This document shows positions 10,168 to 19,475 of a stretch of 64,000 bases of DNA, piece after piece. How positions within the stretch are numbered: position 1 is the first letter of the stretch; each line of letters begins with the position of its first letter. The position numbers were made by a program, and so were the translations under genes. The notes below the pieces were generated by a model. It was not told the origin of the DNA. It saw nothing but the letters and a program-made list of their open reading frames with translations, and searched no databases. The stretch is from Candidatus Magasanikiibacteriota bacterium. GTDB taxonomy: Bacteria > Patescibacteriota > Patescibacteriia > Magasanikbacterales > GWA2-37-8. The stretch is from positions 72,056 through 136,055 of the forward strand of contig JBAYHH010000001.1 in NCBI GenBank assembly GCA_041666265.1. The letters run 5' to 3'.

Positions 10168-10719
10168 ATGTTGAACATTAATGATTTCAAGAGCGACTTC
10201 GCCAAAGTGATCGACTTTTTGAAGCAGGATATTTCGGGTTTGCGCACCGGGCGGGCATCGTCGGCACTAGTGGAGGGGATTTTGGTTGAGGCTTATGGCA
10301 CACGCCAGCCGCTCAAGGCGGTGGCCTCGATTGTAGTCCAAGACGCCAAGACTTTGGTTTTGGAGCCGTGGGATAAAACTGTTTTGGCCTCCGTGGAAAA
10401 AAGTATTCGCGAATCCGGCATCGGCATCAACCCCAATAACGATGGACGCATTATTCGTCTGTGTTTGCCCGAGCTCACCGCCGATCGCCGTAGCGAGCTC
10501 ATCAAAGTTTTGCATCAAAAACTCGAATCCGCGCGCGTGTCGGTGCGCAAGGTGCGCGAAGAGGCGCGCGAGATGGTAATCATGGAAGAAAAAGAGAAAT
10601 CCATCGGCGAAGACGAGAAATTTAAATTACTCGATGAGCTGGAAAAAATGGTAAAAGATTTTAACGATCAAATCAAATCCGTAGGCGAGAAGAAAGAGGA
10701 GGAAATCACTACAGTGTAA
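10168..10719 (+). CDS. frr: ribosome recycling factor
   Basis: 183 aa, full-length similarity to Frr (SGLRTGRASSALVEGILVEAYG..., RIIRLCLPELTADRR...). Confidence 0.9.
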   Translation: MLNINDFKSDFAKVIDFLKQDISGLRTGRASSALVEGILVEAYGTRQPLKAVASIVVQDAKTLVLEPWDKTVLASVEKSIRESGIGINPNNDGRIIRLCLPELTADRRSELIKVLHQKLESARVSVRKVREEAREMVIMEEKEKSIGEDEKFKLLDELEKMVKDFNDQIKSVGEKKEEEITTV

Positions 10720-10766
10720 AATTTTTAATTTGTAATTTTCAATTTTTAAATAATTTCCAATTTACA

Positions 10767-10794
10767 ATATTCGAAATTCAAAATTCGAAATTCA
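10767..10794 (+). repeat. tandem 14-nt direct repeat (aTATTCGAAATTCA / AAATTCGAAATTCA) in the glyQS leader, each unit containing a TTCGAA palindrome
   Basis: seen directly; immediately upstream of glyQS ATG at 10800. Confidence 0.5.
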
Positions 10795-10799
10795 TCAAT

Positions 10800-12170
10800 A
10801 TGGCTGATATCGAAAAAATAGTGTCGCTGTGTAAAAGAAGGGGATTTATCTTTCCGGGTTCGGAAATTTATGGCGGTCTCGCCAATACCTGGGATTACGG
10901 ACCGCTCGGGCATTTGCTCAAACAAAACATCAAGTCGCTTTGGTGGAAATTTTTCGTTCAACAGCGCGATGATATGGTGCCCTTGGACAGCGCCATCATC
11001 ATGAACCCGCGCGTTTGGGAGGCTTCCGGGCATTTACAAAATTTTTCAGACGCGCTCGTGGAGTGTAAGGAGTGCCATCATCGGTTTCGCGTCGATCATT
11101 TGCTCGCGGCCAAAGGCATCGAGCCCAAATATGACAAAGAAAAAGTCTTGGTGCCGTCCGAGGTCACTTGTCCGGATTGCGACGGTAGATTGACTGAGCC
11201 AAAGAATTTTAACCTGATGTTTAAGACTTTTATCGGTACCAATGAAGATAGCGCCACTACCGCGTATTTGCGTCCCGAGACCGCCGGTGGGATGTTTGTG
11301 AATTTTAAGAATGTTTTAGGCGTCACGCGCAAGCGCTTGCCGTTTGGTATTGCTCAAATCGGCAAATGCTTTCGCAATGAAATCACTCCCGGTAATTTTA
11401 TATTTCGCACCCGTGAGTTTGAGATCGGCGAGTTTGAATATTTTATCGACCCCAAAGATTGGGAAAAAGTATTTGAGATGTGGCTCGGTGAAATCCGCCG
11501 TTGGTGGAAAGACGCCATGCAGATCAATATGGACAATTTAGTGTGGCACGAGCTCTCGGAGGGCGACCGCGCTTTTTATAGCAAGCGCACGGTGGATATC
11601 GAATACAAATATCCGTTTGGGATTGGTGAGTTGCATGGCATCGCTTATCGCACTGATTATGATTTGTCGCGCCACGAAAAAGTGAGCGGACAGGATTTGC
11701 ACTACACCGATCCCGTGACTAACGAAAAATTTATTCCGCATGTGATCGAGCCCACTTTTGGCATCGATCGTATGTTACTCGTGGCGCTTCTCGAGGCTTA
11801 TCACGAAGAAGATGTGCCGACTGCCGATGAGGGTGAATCAGAAAAGCGTATTGTCATGAAATTTCCCAAACACCTCGCTCCGATCCAGGTGGCGGTGTTG
11901 CCGTTATCCAAAAAAGAACAGTTGTCATCGGTGGCCCGTGATTTGGCCAATGACCTGCGCGCGCTTTACTCGGTGGACTATGATGAGACCCAGAGTATCG
12001 GCAAGCGCTATCGTCGGCAGGATGAAATCGGCACGCCCTATTGCGTGACGGTGGATTTCGACAGTCTCGAAGATAAAAAAGTCACGGTGCGCGATCGCGA
12101 TACTATGAAGCAAGAGCGGGTGGCGATGGCGGAATTATTAAAATATTTACAAGCTAAATTTAATTCATAA
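10800..12170 (+). CDS. glyQS: glycyl-tRNA synthetase, class II (alpha2 dimeric type)
   Basis: N-terminal RRGFIFPGSEIYGGLANTWDYGPLG and class II motifs; 456 aa. Confidence 0.9.
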   Translation: MADIEKIVSLCKRRGFIFPGSEIYGGLANTWDYGPLGHLLKQNIKSLWWKFFVQQRDDMVPLDSAIIMNPRVWEASGHLQNFSDALVECKECHHRFRVDHLLAAKGIEPKYDKEKVLVPSEVTCPDCDGRLTEPKNFNLMFKTFIGTNEDSATTAYLRPETAGGMFVNFKNVLGVTRKRLPFGIAQIGKCFRNEITPGNFIFRTREFEIGEFEYFIDPKDWEKVFEMWLGEIRRWWKDAMQINMDNLVWHELSEGDRAFYSKRTVDIEYKYPFGIGELHGIAYRTDYDLSRHEKVSGQDLHYTDPVTNEKFIPHVIEPTFGIDRMLLVALLEAYHEEDVPTADEGESEKRIVMKFPKHLAPIQVAVLPLSKKEQLSSVARDLANDLRALYSVDYDETQSIGKRYRRQDEIGTPYCVTVDFDSLEDKKVTVRDRDTMKQERVAMAELLKYLQAKFNS

Positions 12171-12180
12171 TATTTATCAT

Positions 12181-12429
12181 ATGGGTTTTGATGCCAATGG
12201 CGAATTTACCATGCCTTCGCGCGAAGAATTAACAGGAAGATTGTCGTTGTTAAAAATGGACCTGGATAAAATTCTTGGGGCGGAAAATTATGCTGTTGAA
12301 TACGACAATTTGGCTAAACGAGTTGTGGTCAACGAACGCAATGTCGAGCTTGATCCCAATACACGCGCTCGGATTGAGCGCATTGAGTCGGAGTTGCAAG
12401 ATTGCAAAGATCTGTTTTTGGGTAAGTAA
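12181..12429 (+). CDS. hypothetical small protein (82 aa)
   Basis: ORF packed between glyQS and the M16 peptidase; host-like codon usage; no recognisable motif. Confidence 0.4.
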   Translation: MGFDANGEFTMPSREELTGRLSLLKMDLDKILGAENYAVEYDNLAKRVVVNERNVELDPNTRARIERIESELQDCKDLFLGK

Positions 12430-12431
12430 AT

Positions 12432-13712
12432 ATGCACAAAATTTCTCAATTAAAAAATGGCATCAATTTGATCACAGTGCCGGTTTCAGGCACTCGAGCC
12501 ATCACTGTGTTGGCACTGTTTCCGGTCGGCTCGCGCTACGAGACTTCGGCGCTTTCCGGCGGGTCGCATTTTATCGAGCACATGATGTTTAAGGGCACCA
12601 GTCGTCGCCCCAACACCCAAGCCATCTCGCGTGAGCTTGATGCCGCCGGCGCCGAATACAACGCTTTTACATCCAAAGACCACACCGGATATTATATTAA
12701 AATCGATTCCGCTCAAAGCGAGCTGGCTTTTGACATGCTTTCGGACATGCTTTTTGACTCTTTGCTCGATGAGCAGGAGATCACCAAAGAAAAAGGCGTG
12801 ATAGTGGAGGAGTTGCGCATGTATGAGGACAATCCCACCATGAGCGTTGATTCGCTATTTGACCAAGTTAGCTTCTCCGGCAATCAGCTTGGTGTTGACA
12901 TTGGCGGCACGGTCGAGAGTGTGCGCGCGCTTAAACGCGACGATTTGCTGGATTATTATCACCGCGCTTATCGACCGAGCAATATGGTGCTCGTAGTGGC
13001 GGGAAATATCAATGCCGCAAAATTGCGTACGGATTTAAAATATTTTGAAAATATCAAAGTGACCCGCGGTGACAAATTTAATCACAAACAATTCGATACT
13101 TTTTCTTGGACTGGTAACTTGTCGGCCGAAAAAAGAGCCAGCGCCAAAGAGCGCAAACTCGATCAGATGCATCTGATACTCGGATTTCCGGGTTTGCCTC
13201 AAAATCACCCGGATCGCTTCGCGCAATCAGTTTTATTAAATATTTTGGGCGGCACCATGAGTTCGCGTTTATTTGAGGAAGTGCGCAATAAACGCGGATT
13301 ATGTTATATGGTGCATGCGAGCGGCAATAGTTTTCGCGATGCCGGCACGGTGCAAATTCAAGCCGGGCTTGATCCGGCCCGTTTACCGGAAGCAATCGCG
13401 GTGATCAAAGACGAATTAAAAAAGATCGCGGAGAAACCGGTGTCAAGTAAAGAACTGTGTGAAGCCAAATCAAATTTTTCCGGTCGCCTGGTGCTCGGAA
13501 TGGAAGAGAGTAGCGCGATGGCTGATTGGTTCGCCAAACAATTTTGGTTCGCGAAAAAAATTCAGACTTATGAACAGGTGCTCGTAAATATCAAAAAAGT
13601 TTCCACCGGCGATGTTGCCCGTCTTGCCAAAAAATTATTTGTCTGGGGCGAGGCGCGTCTCGCGGTGATCGGCAGTGCAGATAAATCAGCCGTCATTAAT
13701 TTACTAAAATGA
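12432..13712 (+). CDS. M16-family zinc metallopeptidase (insulinase/pitrilysin-like)
   Basis: inverted zincin motif HFIEHMMFKGT (HxxEH) plus downstream E; 426 aa. Confidence 0.8.
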   Translation: MHKISQLKNGINLITVPVSGTRAITVLALFPVGSRYETSALSGGSHFIEHMMFKGTSRRPNTQAISRELDAAGAEYNAFTSKDHTGYYIKIDSAQSELAFDMLSDMLFDSLLDEQEITKEKGVIVEELRMYEDNPTMSVDSLFDQVSFSGNQLGVDIGGTVESVRALKRDDLLDYYHRAYRPSNMVLVVAGNINAAKLRTDLKYFENIKVTRGDKFNHKQFDTFSWTGNLSAEKRASAKERKLDQMHLILGFPGLPQNHPDRFAQSVLLNILGGTMSSRLFEEVRNKRGLCYMVHASGNSFRDAGTVQIQAGLDPARLPEAIAVIKDELKKIAEKPVSSKELCEAKSNFSGRLVLGMEESSAMADWFAKQFWFAKKIQTYEQVLVNIKKVSTGDVARLAKKLFVWGEARLAVIGSADKSAVINLLK

Positions 13713-13719
13713 CACGCGT

Positions 13720-14502
13720 ATGAAGGACAAAATTTATTTATTTGCCAACTGGAAAATGTATTTGGATTTTGACGAGAGTAATATTTTGGCCAATGGGCTG
13801 GCCGGCGAAGCAAAAAAATTTGGCCATGAAATCAAAATGGCCATATTCCCGAGCACGCTCTCGCTCTATACCGCGGGACAAGTATTGCGCGATGTGGGAG
13901 TGGGTGTGGGGCCGCAAAATGTTTTTTGGGTGGATAAAGGCGGTTATACCGGTGAGATTTCCGCTTCAATGTATAAAACCGCCGGTTGTGATTACGCGCT
14001 TGTCGGCCACAGCGAACGCCGTCAGCAGTTCCACGAGACCAACCATGAAGTGCGTCAAAAAATGGATGCTTGTTTGTCGGTCGGATTGACACCGGTGCTT
14101 TGCGTCGGCGAGACTCTCAAAGAACGCGAAGCCGGCACAACCGCAGAAGTGGTGGAGATTCAATTGCGTAGCGCTCTCGATAATATTTCTTGGCCCAAGA
14201 ATGTAGCCTTGATCATTGCCTATGAGCCGGTATGGGCTATTAGCAAGGGGGCCGGAGCGGGAGAAGAGGGTCGGCACTGCGACGACATAGAAGCGGAAAA
14301 GATGCATCGACTCATCAAAAAAATTGTGAAAAATTTATTGCCAAATATGGAGCCGGCCGTATTGTTTGGCGGTAGTGTCCGACCAAATACCACCGCTTAC
14401 TATCTTAATCAGCCGTCGATTGATGGCGTCCTCGTGGGCGCGGCTTCGACCAAATTGGACAGTTGGCTTGAAATTGTCAAAAATGCCGGCGCATTGGTTT
14501 AG
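13720..14502 (+). CDS. tpiA: triosephosphate isomerase
   Basis: ANWKMY (N-K catalytic), ALVGHSERR (His-Ser-Glu catalytic), IAYEPVWAI, GGSV phosphate loop. Confidence 0.9.
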   Translation: MKDKIYLFANWKMYLDFDESNILANGLAGEAKKFGHEIKMAIFPSTLSLYTAGQVLRDVGVGVGPQNVFWVDKGGYTGEISASMYKTAGCDYALVGHSERRQQFHETNHEVRQKMDACLSVGLTPVLCVGETLKEREAGTTAEVVEIQLRSALDNISWPKNVALIIAYEPVWAISKGAGAGEEGRHCDDIEAEKMHRLIKKIVKNLLPNMEPAVLFGGSVRPNTTAYYLNQPSIDGVLVGAASTKLDSWLEIVKNAGALV

Positions 14503-14529
14503 TTAATATTTTTGTAATTCTGAATTAGT

Positions 14530-15402
14530 GTGTATATGTTAAATAAAATCGGCTGGGGGATGGTACTACTGATAGTAGTCGCTTTAGGGGGTGCTTGGTT
14601 TTTTCAAAAATATCAAATCGTGTCGCGTCCGCAGGCTTTAGATAGCGCGGCGGTGGCGCCCGCCGAAAATAATATTGCCACCCCCACTTCAACCGAGCAA
14701 ATCGCGCTGGCTCCACTTGACGCGGTCATTCAGTTTGCTTCGTTAGATATGAGCGAAGAGACCGCTTCCGGTACTATTCGCGCGTTTTATCCCCAAATAA
14801 TCAATCCGGCGACTGATGGGCAAAAGAAATTCAACGATACCATCAAGGCGATGGTGGAAAATTTCGTCGCGCAGTTTAAAAAAGAGTCTTTGTCCGCCAT
14901 TGATATTTCCGGCGCTAAAAATTCTTTTACCTGGGCGTATGATTTGAAATATCAGGACAAAAATCTGATCAGCGTCCTCATGAGCGGCGAGCAATATATT
15001 TCCGGTTCCGCTCATCCCTCGCATCCGATGACGGTATTAAATTTTGATTTGACTACCGGCAAGATTATTACGCTTGCGGATATTTTTCAGCCGGAAGCGA
15101 AATATTTGGATACTTTATCCAATTTTTCTCGCCAAGAGCTTGAGACTCGCAATGCCAAAAGTAAATTTACCGATGAAAAGGATATTTTGTCCGGGACCAA
15201 GCCCAAAGATGAAAATTTTGCGATGTTTAATTTGTCGGCGGACGGGCTGGTGATTTCATTTCCCGAATATCAAGTGGCTCCATATGTCGCGGGCATATCG
15301 GTAGTTACTATGCCTTGGTCGGGGCTAAAGGATATTTTGGCGGATAAGGCGCCTTTCAAATGGTTTGCTTCCTCGACTTCTTCGCCGGTTTCGAATAATT
15401 GA
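14530..15402 (+). CDS. DUF3298/DUF4163 (RsiV/PdaC-like) membrane-anchored protein
   Basis: N-terminal TM; AYDLKYQDKNLISVLMSGEQYISGSAHPSHPMTVLNFDLTTGKIITLADIF matches DUF3298. Confidence 0.6.
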   Translation: MYMLNKIGWGMVLLIVVALGGAWFFQKYQIVSRPQALDSAAVAPAENNIATPTSTEQIALAPLDAVIQFASLDMSEETASGTIRAFYPQIINPATDGQKKFNDTIKAMVENFVAQFKKESLSAIDISGAKNSFTWAYDLKYQDKNLISVLMSGEQYISGSAHPSHPMTVLNFDLTTGKIITLADIFQPEAKYLDTLSNFSRQELETRNAKSKFTDEKDILSGTKPKDENFAMFNLSADGLVISFPEYQVAPYVAGISVVTMPWSGLKDILADKAPFKWFASSTSSPVSNN

Positions 15403-15432
15403 TGAATTATCAGGGCTGTTTATTGTTTGCGC

Positions 15433-15460
15433 AAAAAAATCACCTCGCGGTGATTTTTTT
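15433..15460. terminator. bidirectional rho-independent terminator between the DUF3298 gene(+) and tRNA-Lys(-)
   Basis: AAAAAAATCACC-tcgc-GGTGATTTTTTT. Confidence 0.7.
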
Positions 15461-15462
15461 GT

Positions 15463-15538
15463 TGGTGGGTCGGCCGGGGCTCGAACCCGGGACCATCTCC
15501 TTAAAAGGGAGCCGCTCTACCAGCTGAGCTACCAACCC
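15463..15538 (-). tRNA. tRNA-Lys(UUU), CCA encoded
   Basis: minus-strand read GGGTTGGTAGCTCAGCTGGTAGAGCGGCTCCCTTTTAAGGAGATGGTCCCGGGTTCGAGCCCCGGCCGACCCACCA: 7-bp acceptor, GGTTCGAGCC T-arm, anticodon loop CTTTTAA (UUU). Confidence 0.85.
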
Positions 15539-15654
15539 GTTTTCTCGTAAAATCAATGGTTTTTTACCATTGGACTACGCGCGGAATATATGTTACACTA
15601 ATTATCGGGGGAAATCAAGCCCCTTTCAGTGGATAACTCATTCTAACATTTTTT

Positions 15655-16227
15655 ATGTTATCAAAAACCTACATTCAAAAAATCAAAAAAGAGTATCTCG
15701 ATTACGCGGAAAAACGCCGTGATGTGATTAAATTTTCGGGTGACGCGCTCCATTGCGCCAAGCGCGCGATTTTTGCCATGCACCGCCGCGAGACCGATGA
15801 TGCCGGGTCGCGTTTGGCCGAGGCCGAAAAAATCCTTAAACAATTAAATCAAGATTTTTCCGGACAAAATGAATTGTTTGACGAGGGTTCGTATCGCGCC
15901 GCTCTCGAGGAATATGTCGAAGCGAAATTATTTTGTGAATTTGTCATGACCGGAAAAATGAGCGAAATTGACGCCATGCCGGTCGATAGCGATGTTTTTT
16001 TGGCCGGGCTATGCGATGTGCCGGGAGAGCTTTGTCGCTATGCGGTCAATAGCGCCACCAATCGTCAGTTTGACACTGTGGCCAAATGCAAAACTGCCGC
16101 CGAAGAAATTATCGGCGAGCTAATGGAGTTTGATTTGACATCCTATCTGCGCAATAAATTTGATCAAGCCAAAGGCGCGCTTAATAAAATCGAGCAGATC
16201 GTTTACGAAGTGAGTTTGAAAAAGTAG
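15655..16227 (+). CDS. translin-family protein (putative nucleic-acid-binding, alpha-helical)
   Basis: C-terminal FLAGLCDVPGELCRYAV...IIGELMEF resembles the translin/TRAX signature (YLxGLxDLTGELMR). Assigned from memory of the family, not from a search. Confidence 0.45.
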   Translation: MLSKTYIQKIKKEYLDYAEKRRDVIKFSGDALHCAKRAIFAMHRRETDDAGSRLAEAEKILKQLNQDFSGQNELFDEGSYRAALEEYVEAKLFCEFVMTGKMSEIDAMPVDSDVFLAGLCDVPGELCRYAVNSATNRQFDTVAKCKTAAEEIIGELMEFDLTSYLRNKFDQAKGALNKIEQIVYEVSLKK

Positions 16228-16228
16228 C

Positions 16229-17530
16229 ATGAAATTAATTAAAAAAATATATCATTTTATTATTCCCATGCTCGCGGATTGGTTTTATGGTTGTCCCGGA
16301 AAAAAAATGATTGTGATCGGCGTCACCGGCACCAAGGGTAAATCCACCACTTGTCGCTTTGTCGCGTCCGCGCTCATGGCCGGCGGATACAGAGTCGGCG
16401 TTCTTTCCACGGTTGAGTTTCAGATTGGCGATCGACGCGTACTCAATGATAAAAAAATGTCGATGCTGGGCCGGGGCCAAATCCAAAAAATGATGGCCGA
16501 TATGGTCAAAGCCGGATGCCAATACGCGGTGATCGAGACTTCGTCGGAGGGTATTTTACAGTATCGTCACCTGGGGGTTCATTATGATATTGCGGTATTT
16601 ACCAATCTCGGCACCGAGCACAATGAGCGCCACGGCGGTTTTGACAACCTCAAGCGCGATAAAGGAAAATTATTCGCGTCTTTGCGCGGGAGCCGCAAAA
16701 AATTATTTGGTTCAATAATTAAAAAAATCGTTATTGCCAATGCCGACGATGGCCAGGCGTTATTTTATTTGAATTATGAGAGCGATGATAAATATTCATA
16801 TTCGGTTTCGGGATCCGGTATTCATGGCGTTAAAAATTTTAAAGCGGAAAGTGTAAAGCCATTGTCCGATGGGGTGGAGTTTATTTTGGGTGGACAAAAT
16901 TATCGTTTGAATATCCCGGGCGATTTTAATGTGTATAACGCGATGGCCGCTATCACGGTGGCATTGTCGCAAAACATTCCACCGGAAAAAATTGCCGTTG
17001 GACTCGCGTCGGTAAAGAAACTCGAAGGCCGGATGGAGTTTGTCGAAGCCGGGCAAAATTTTAAAGTTATTGTCGATTACGCGCATGAGCCGATTTCTTA
17101 CACGGCTTTGTTTACCACGATGCGCCAACTCGCCGGGGTAAATGGGCGCACGCTCGCGATCATCGGGTCGGACGGAGGCGGGCGCGATATCGGCAAACGC
17201 CGTCAAATGGGACAAATAGCCGGAGAAATTTGCGATATTGTGATTGTCTCCGATGTGAATTGTTTTGACGAAGATCCTCATGCCATCGCGGAGATGCTCG
17301 CCGGCGGGGCGCGCACGGCCGGCAAGCGAGATGGCCAAAATTTATTTATCGAGATTGATCGCGGTCAGGCGATCGAATTGGCTGTTAAAATGGCTCGAGC
17401 CGGTGATGTAGTCGCGATTACCGCCAAGGGCACCGAGCCGCATATCGCCGTGGCCAAAGGCCAAAAAATTCCTTGGAGTGATTACGACATGGCGCGAAAA
17501 GCGTTAATAAATATTGGCGAAAAAAAATAA
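16229..17530 (+). CDS. Mur ligase family protein (MurE/MurT-like; lacks the usual N-terminal domain)
   Basis: VIGVTGTKGKSTT P-loop only ~30 aa from N-terminus, ETSSEG, NLGTEHNERHG, DYAHEP. Confidence 0.6.
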   Translation: MKLIKKIYHFIIPMLADWFYGCPGKKMIVIGVTGTKGKSTTCRFVASALMAGGYRVGVLSTVEFQIGDRRVLNDKKMSMLGRGQIQKMMADMVKAGCQYAVIETSSEGILQYRHLGVHYDIAVFTNLGTEHNERHGGFDNLKRDKGKLFASLRGSRKKLFGSIIKKIVIANADDGQALFYLNYESDDKYSYSVSGSGIHGVKNFKAESVKPLSDGVEFILGGQNYRLNIPGDFNVYNAMAAITVALSQNIPPEKIAVGLASVKKLEGRMEFVEAGQNFKVIVDYAHEPISYTALFTTMRQLAGVNGRTLAIIGSDGGGRDIGKRRQMGQIAGEICDIVIVSDVNCFDEDPHAIAEMLAGGARTAGKRDGQNLFIEIDRGQAIELAVKMARAGDVVAITAKGTEPHIAVAKGQKIPWSDYDMARKALINIGEKK

Positions 17531-17570
17531 TTGTGATATAATTGTTTTGAACAAAATCCGGTTTTGATTT

Positions 17571-17984
17571 TTGAGTTTAATTATGCCGTCTAATCGCGAA
17601 GGCAAGTGGAAAAATTTTTTTTGGTCGCGCTGGTTCATTTTGATGGCCGGAATTTTGTTGATTTTAGTTGCTTTTGCTTTTGGCCGAGCGTATTATCGCG
17701 ATTATTTAGTAGGTCAAGAAATCAAGCGTTTGCAAAGCGAGGTTAATCGATTGGAATCAAAAAAACTGGAGACGGTGGAGGTTTTGAAATATGTTCAGTC
17801 GCCGGCATTTGTGGAGCAAAAGGCGCGGCTGGAATTAAATATGGTCAAACCGGGCGAACAGGTCGCTATTATTGATGGTCAAACTGAATATCAAAACACC
17901 ACTGGACAAGCAACCGCGAAAATGTTAGAATTTAATAAATTGTCCCATCCGTTACAATGGTGGCGGTTTTTTACGGGACGATAA
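17571..17984 (+). CDS. septum formation initiator (FtsB/DivIC/FtsL-like) bitopic protein
   Basis: single TM (WFILMAGILLILVAFAF) followed by coiled coil (IKRLQSEVNRLESKKLE). Confidence 0.55.
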   Translation: MSLIMPSNREGKWKNFFWSRWFILMAGILLILVAFAFGRAYYRDYLVGQEIKRLQSEVNRLESKKLETVEVLKYVQSPAFVEQKARLELNMVKPGEQVAIIDGQTEYQNTTGQATAKMLEFNKLSHPLQWWRFFTGR

Positions 17985-17994
17985 TTTTTTTACT

Positions 17995-19017
17995 ATGGAT
18001 AATCAAATGGATAGCAAGGTTTCGAAAAATGTAAAGTTATTTTTGTTTGGGTTTGCCGGATTGCTGATCACGGCGCTCGTGCTTGTTGTCGGTGTATCGG
18101 CATATCGCGTTTATCATGCGGCCGCGAGCGACCGTTTTACGGTGACCGTCGCCAAGGCATTGCGTTTTCCGGCGTTTAAAGTGGGTGATAAAACTGTTTT
18201 ATACTCCGATTATGTCGAGGATTTGGCCGCTATTCATGTGATGCGCGATTTTGACAAAAATAATGGCGGACAAGGAGCGAGTCTGACCGAGGAACAAATG
18301 TCTGACCAAGTGCTTTGGCGTCTCGCCAACAATGTTTTGATCAAGCAGGCCGCTTTGCAAAATAAAGTAACGGTCGAAGATAAAGATATTGAAGCGATTA
18401 AGAGCCAAGTGCTTCAGCAATTTAAAACAACCGCCGAAGCCGAAACCGAACTTAAACGCCGTTATGGCTGGGATATGGATACTTATGACAAAAAAGTGAT
18501 TCGACCGTATGTTTTGCAAAATAAATTATCCGAAGCGATCGGCACTAATAATCAAGCGCGCGAAATGATGCGTGCCAAGGCGCAAGTGGTTCTCGATGAA
18601 ATCAAAAAAGGAGCGGATTTTGCCACCGAAGCGAAAAAATACGGTAGTGACGGCACCAAAGAAAATGGCGGTGACCTTGGTTGGTTTGGCCGAGGTGATA
18701 TGGTGCCGCAGTTTGAGGAAGCGGCGTTTGCTTTGAAAAAAGGCGAGCTGTCGCCGGAATTGGTAGAGACATCGTATGGTTATCATATCATCAAGCTCGT
18801 CGATACGCGCACTGAAAAAACCAAAGACGAGAAAGGTAAATCAGTGGACACCCCTCAAGTGCGCGCGAGTCACATTTTATTTCCTTTTCCGACCCTGACG
18901 ACTTATCTTGACGAGATTGTCAACAAAGCAAATTTTCATTTGTATCTCAATGTGCACAATCCGTTTGCGGAGTTAAAGAAACAAAAAGCCGCCGCTGCCA
19001 GCTCAACCAATCAATAA
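17995..19017 (+). CDS. parvulin-type peptidyl-prolyl isomerase (PrsA/SurA-like), membrane-anchored
   Basis: N-terminal TM; parvulin rotamase motifs RASHILF...GGDLGWFGRGDMVPQFEEAAF...YGYHIIKL. Confidence 0.75.
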   Translation: MDNQMDSKVSKNVKLFLFGFAGLLITALVLVVGVSAYRVYHAAASDRFTVTVAKALRFPAFKVGDKTVLYSDYVEDLAAIHVMRDFDKNNGGQGASLTEEQMSDQVLWRLANNVLIKQAALQNKVTVEDKDIEAIKSQVLQQFKTTAEAETELKRRYGWDMDTYDKKVIRPYVLQNKLSEAIGTNNQAREMMRAKAQVVLDEIKKGADFATEAKKYGSDGTKENGGDLGWFGRGDMVPQFEEAAFALKKGELSPELVETSYGYHIIKLVDTRTEKTKDEKGKSVDTPQVRASHILFPFPTLTTYLDEIVNKANFHLYLNVHNPFAELKKQKAAAASSTNQ

Positions 19018-19079
19018 TTATTACAGTTTTTAGGGTTTATAGGGGCTTCGACCACATCGAGGCCCCTTTGAAACCAAAT

Positions 19080-19150
19080 GCGGGATTAGTACATCGGTAG
19101 TATGCGTCCTTCCCAAGGATGAGAGGCCGGTTCGATTCCGGTATCCCGCT
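19080..19150 (+). tRNA. tRNA-Gly(CCC)
   Basis: GCGGGAT acceptor stem, anticodon stem CGTCC/GGATG with loop TTCCCAA (CCC), T-arm GCCGG-TTCGATT-CCGGT; CCA not encoded. Confidence 0.85.
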
Positions 19151-19187
19151 CGATTCGGTAAACGACGGAATGGCTAAAATTTGGTAA

Positions 19188-19230
19188 AATATACCCATAT
19201 TGTGGACACCTGTGGATAAGCGGGTATAGA
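19188..19230 (+). promoter_or_regulatory. putative controller-protein operator: inverted repeat ATATACCC...GGGTATAG flanking direct repeats TGTGGACA / TGTGGATAA
   Basis: seen directly ~30-70 nt upstream of the XRE gene start (19259). TGTGGATAAG recurs at 22523 and 22719. Confidence 0.45.
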
Positions 19231-19258
19231 TATTCCAATATCACTATTATTATATCAC

Positions 19259-19468
19259 ATGGCAAATAAACTTCCAAATATCGCCAGAAACATTAAGAAG
19301 TTGCGAAAAGAAAAAGGACTCTCGCAAGATCGTCTTTCAAAAATGGCGGATATAGCCCATCCGACCATTATTAAAATCGAATCCGGCGCAATCCAAAGCC
19401 CGACGGTTGAAACCGCGCAACGAATCGCGCGTGCGTTGGGTGTTGGAATTGATGACTTAATGAAATAA
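19259..19468 (+). CDS. XRE/Cro-type HTH protein, probable controller (C) protein of the downstream restriction-modification module
   Basis: 69 aa; LRKEKGLSQDRLSKMADIAHPTIIKIESG classic HTH_3; sits directly upstream of the MTase-REase pair. Confidence 0.7.
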   Translation: MANKLPNIARNIKKLRKEKGLSQDRLSKMADIAHPTIIKIESGAIQSPTVETAQRIARALGVGIDDLMK

Positions 19469-19475
19469 TTTTTAT

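Noticed and set aside
15365-15550. 61-aa ORF on the plus strand
   Set aside because: It lies entirely over the minus-strand tRNA-Lys gene and its terminator; GC-rich tRNA sequence gives spurious ORFs.
19188-19230. Chromosomal replication origin (oriC), based on perfect DnaA boxes
   Set aside because: Only three boxes, no dnaA/dnaN nearby, and no AT-rich unwinding element organised around them. All copies belong to the RM island, so a controller-protein operator is the more economical explanation.
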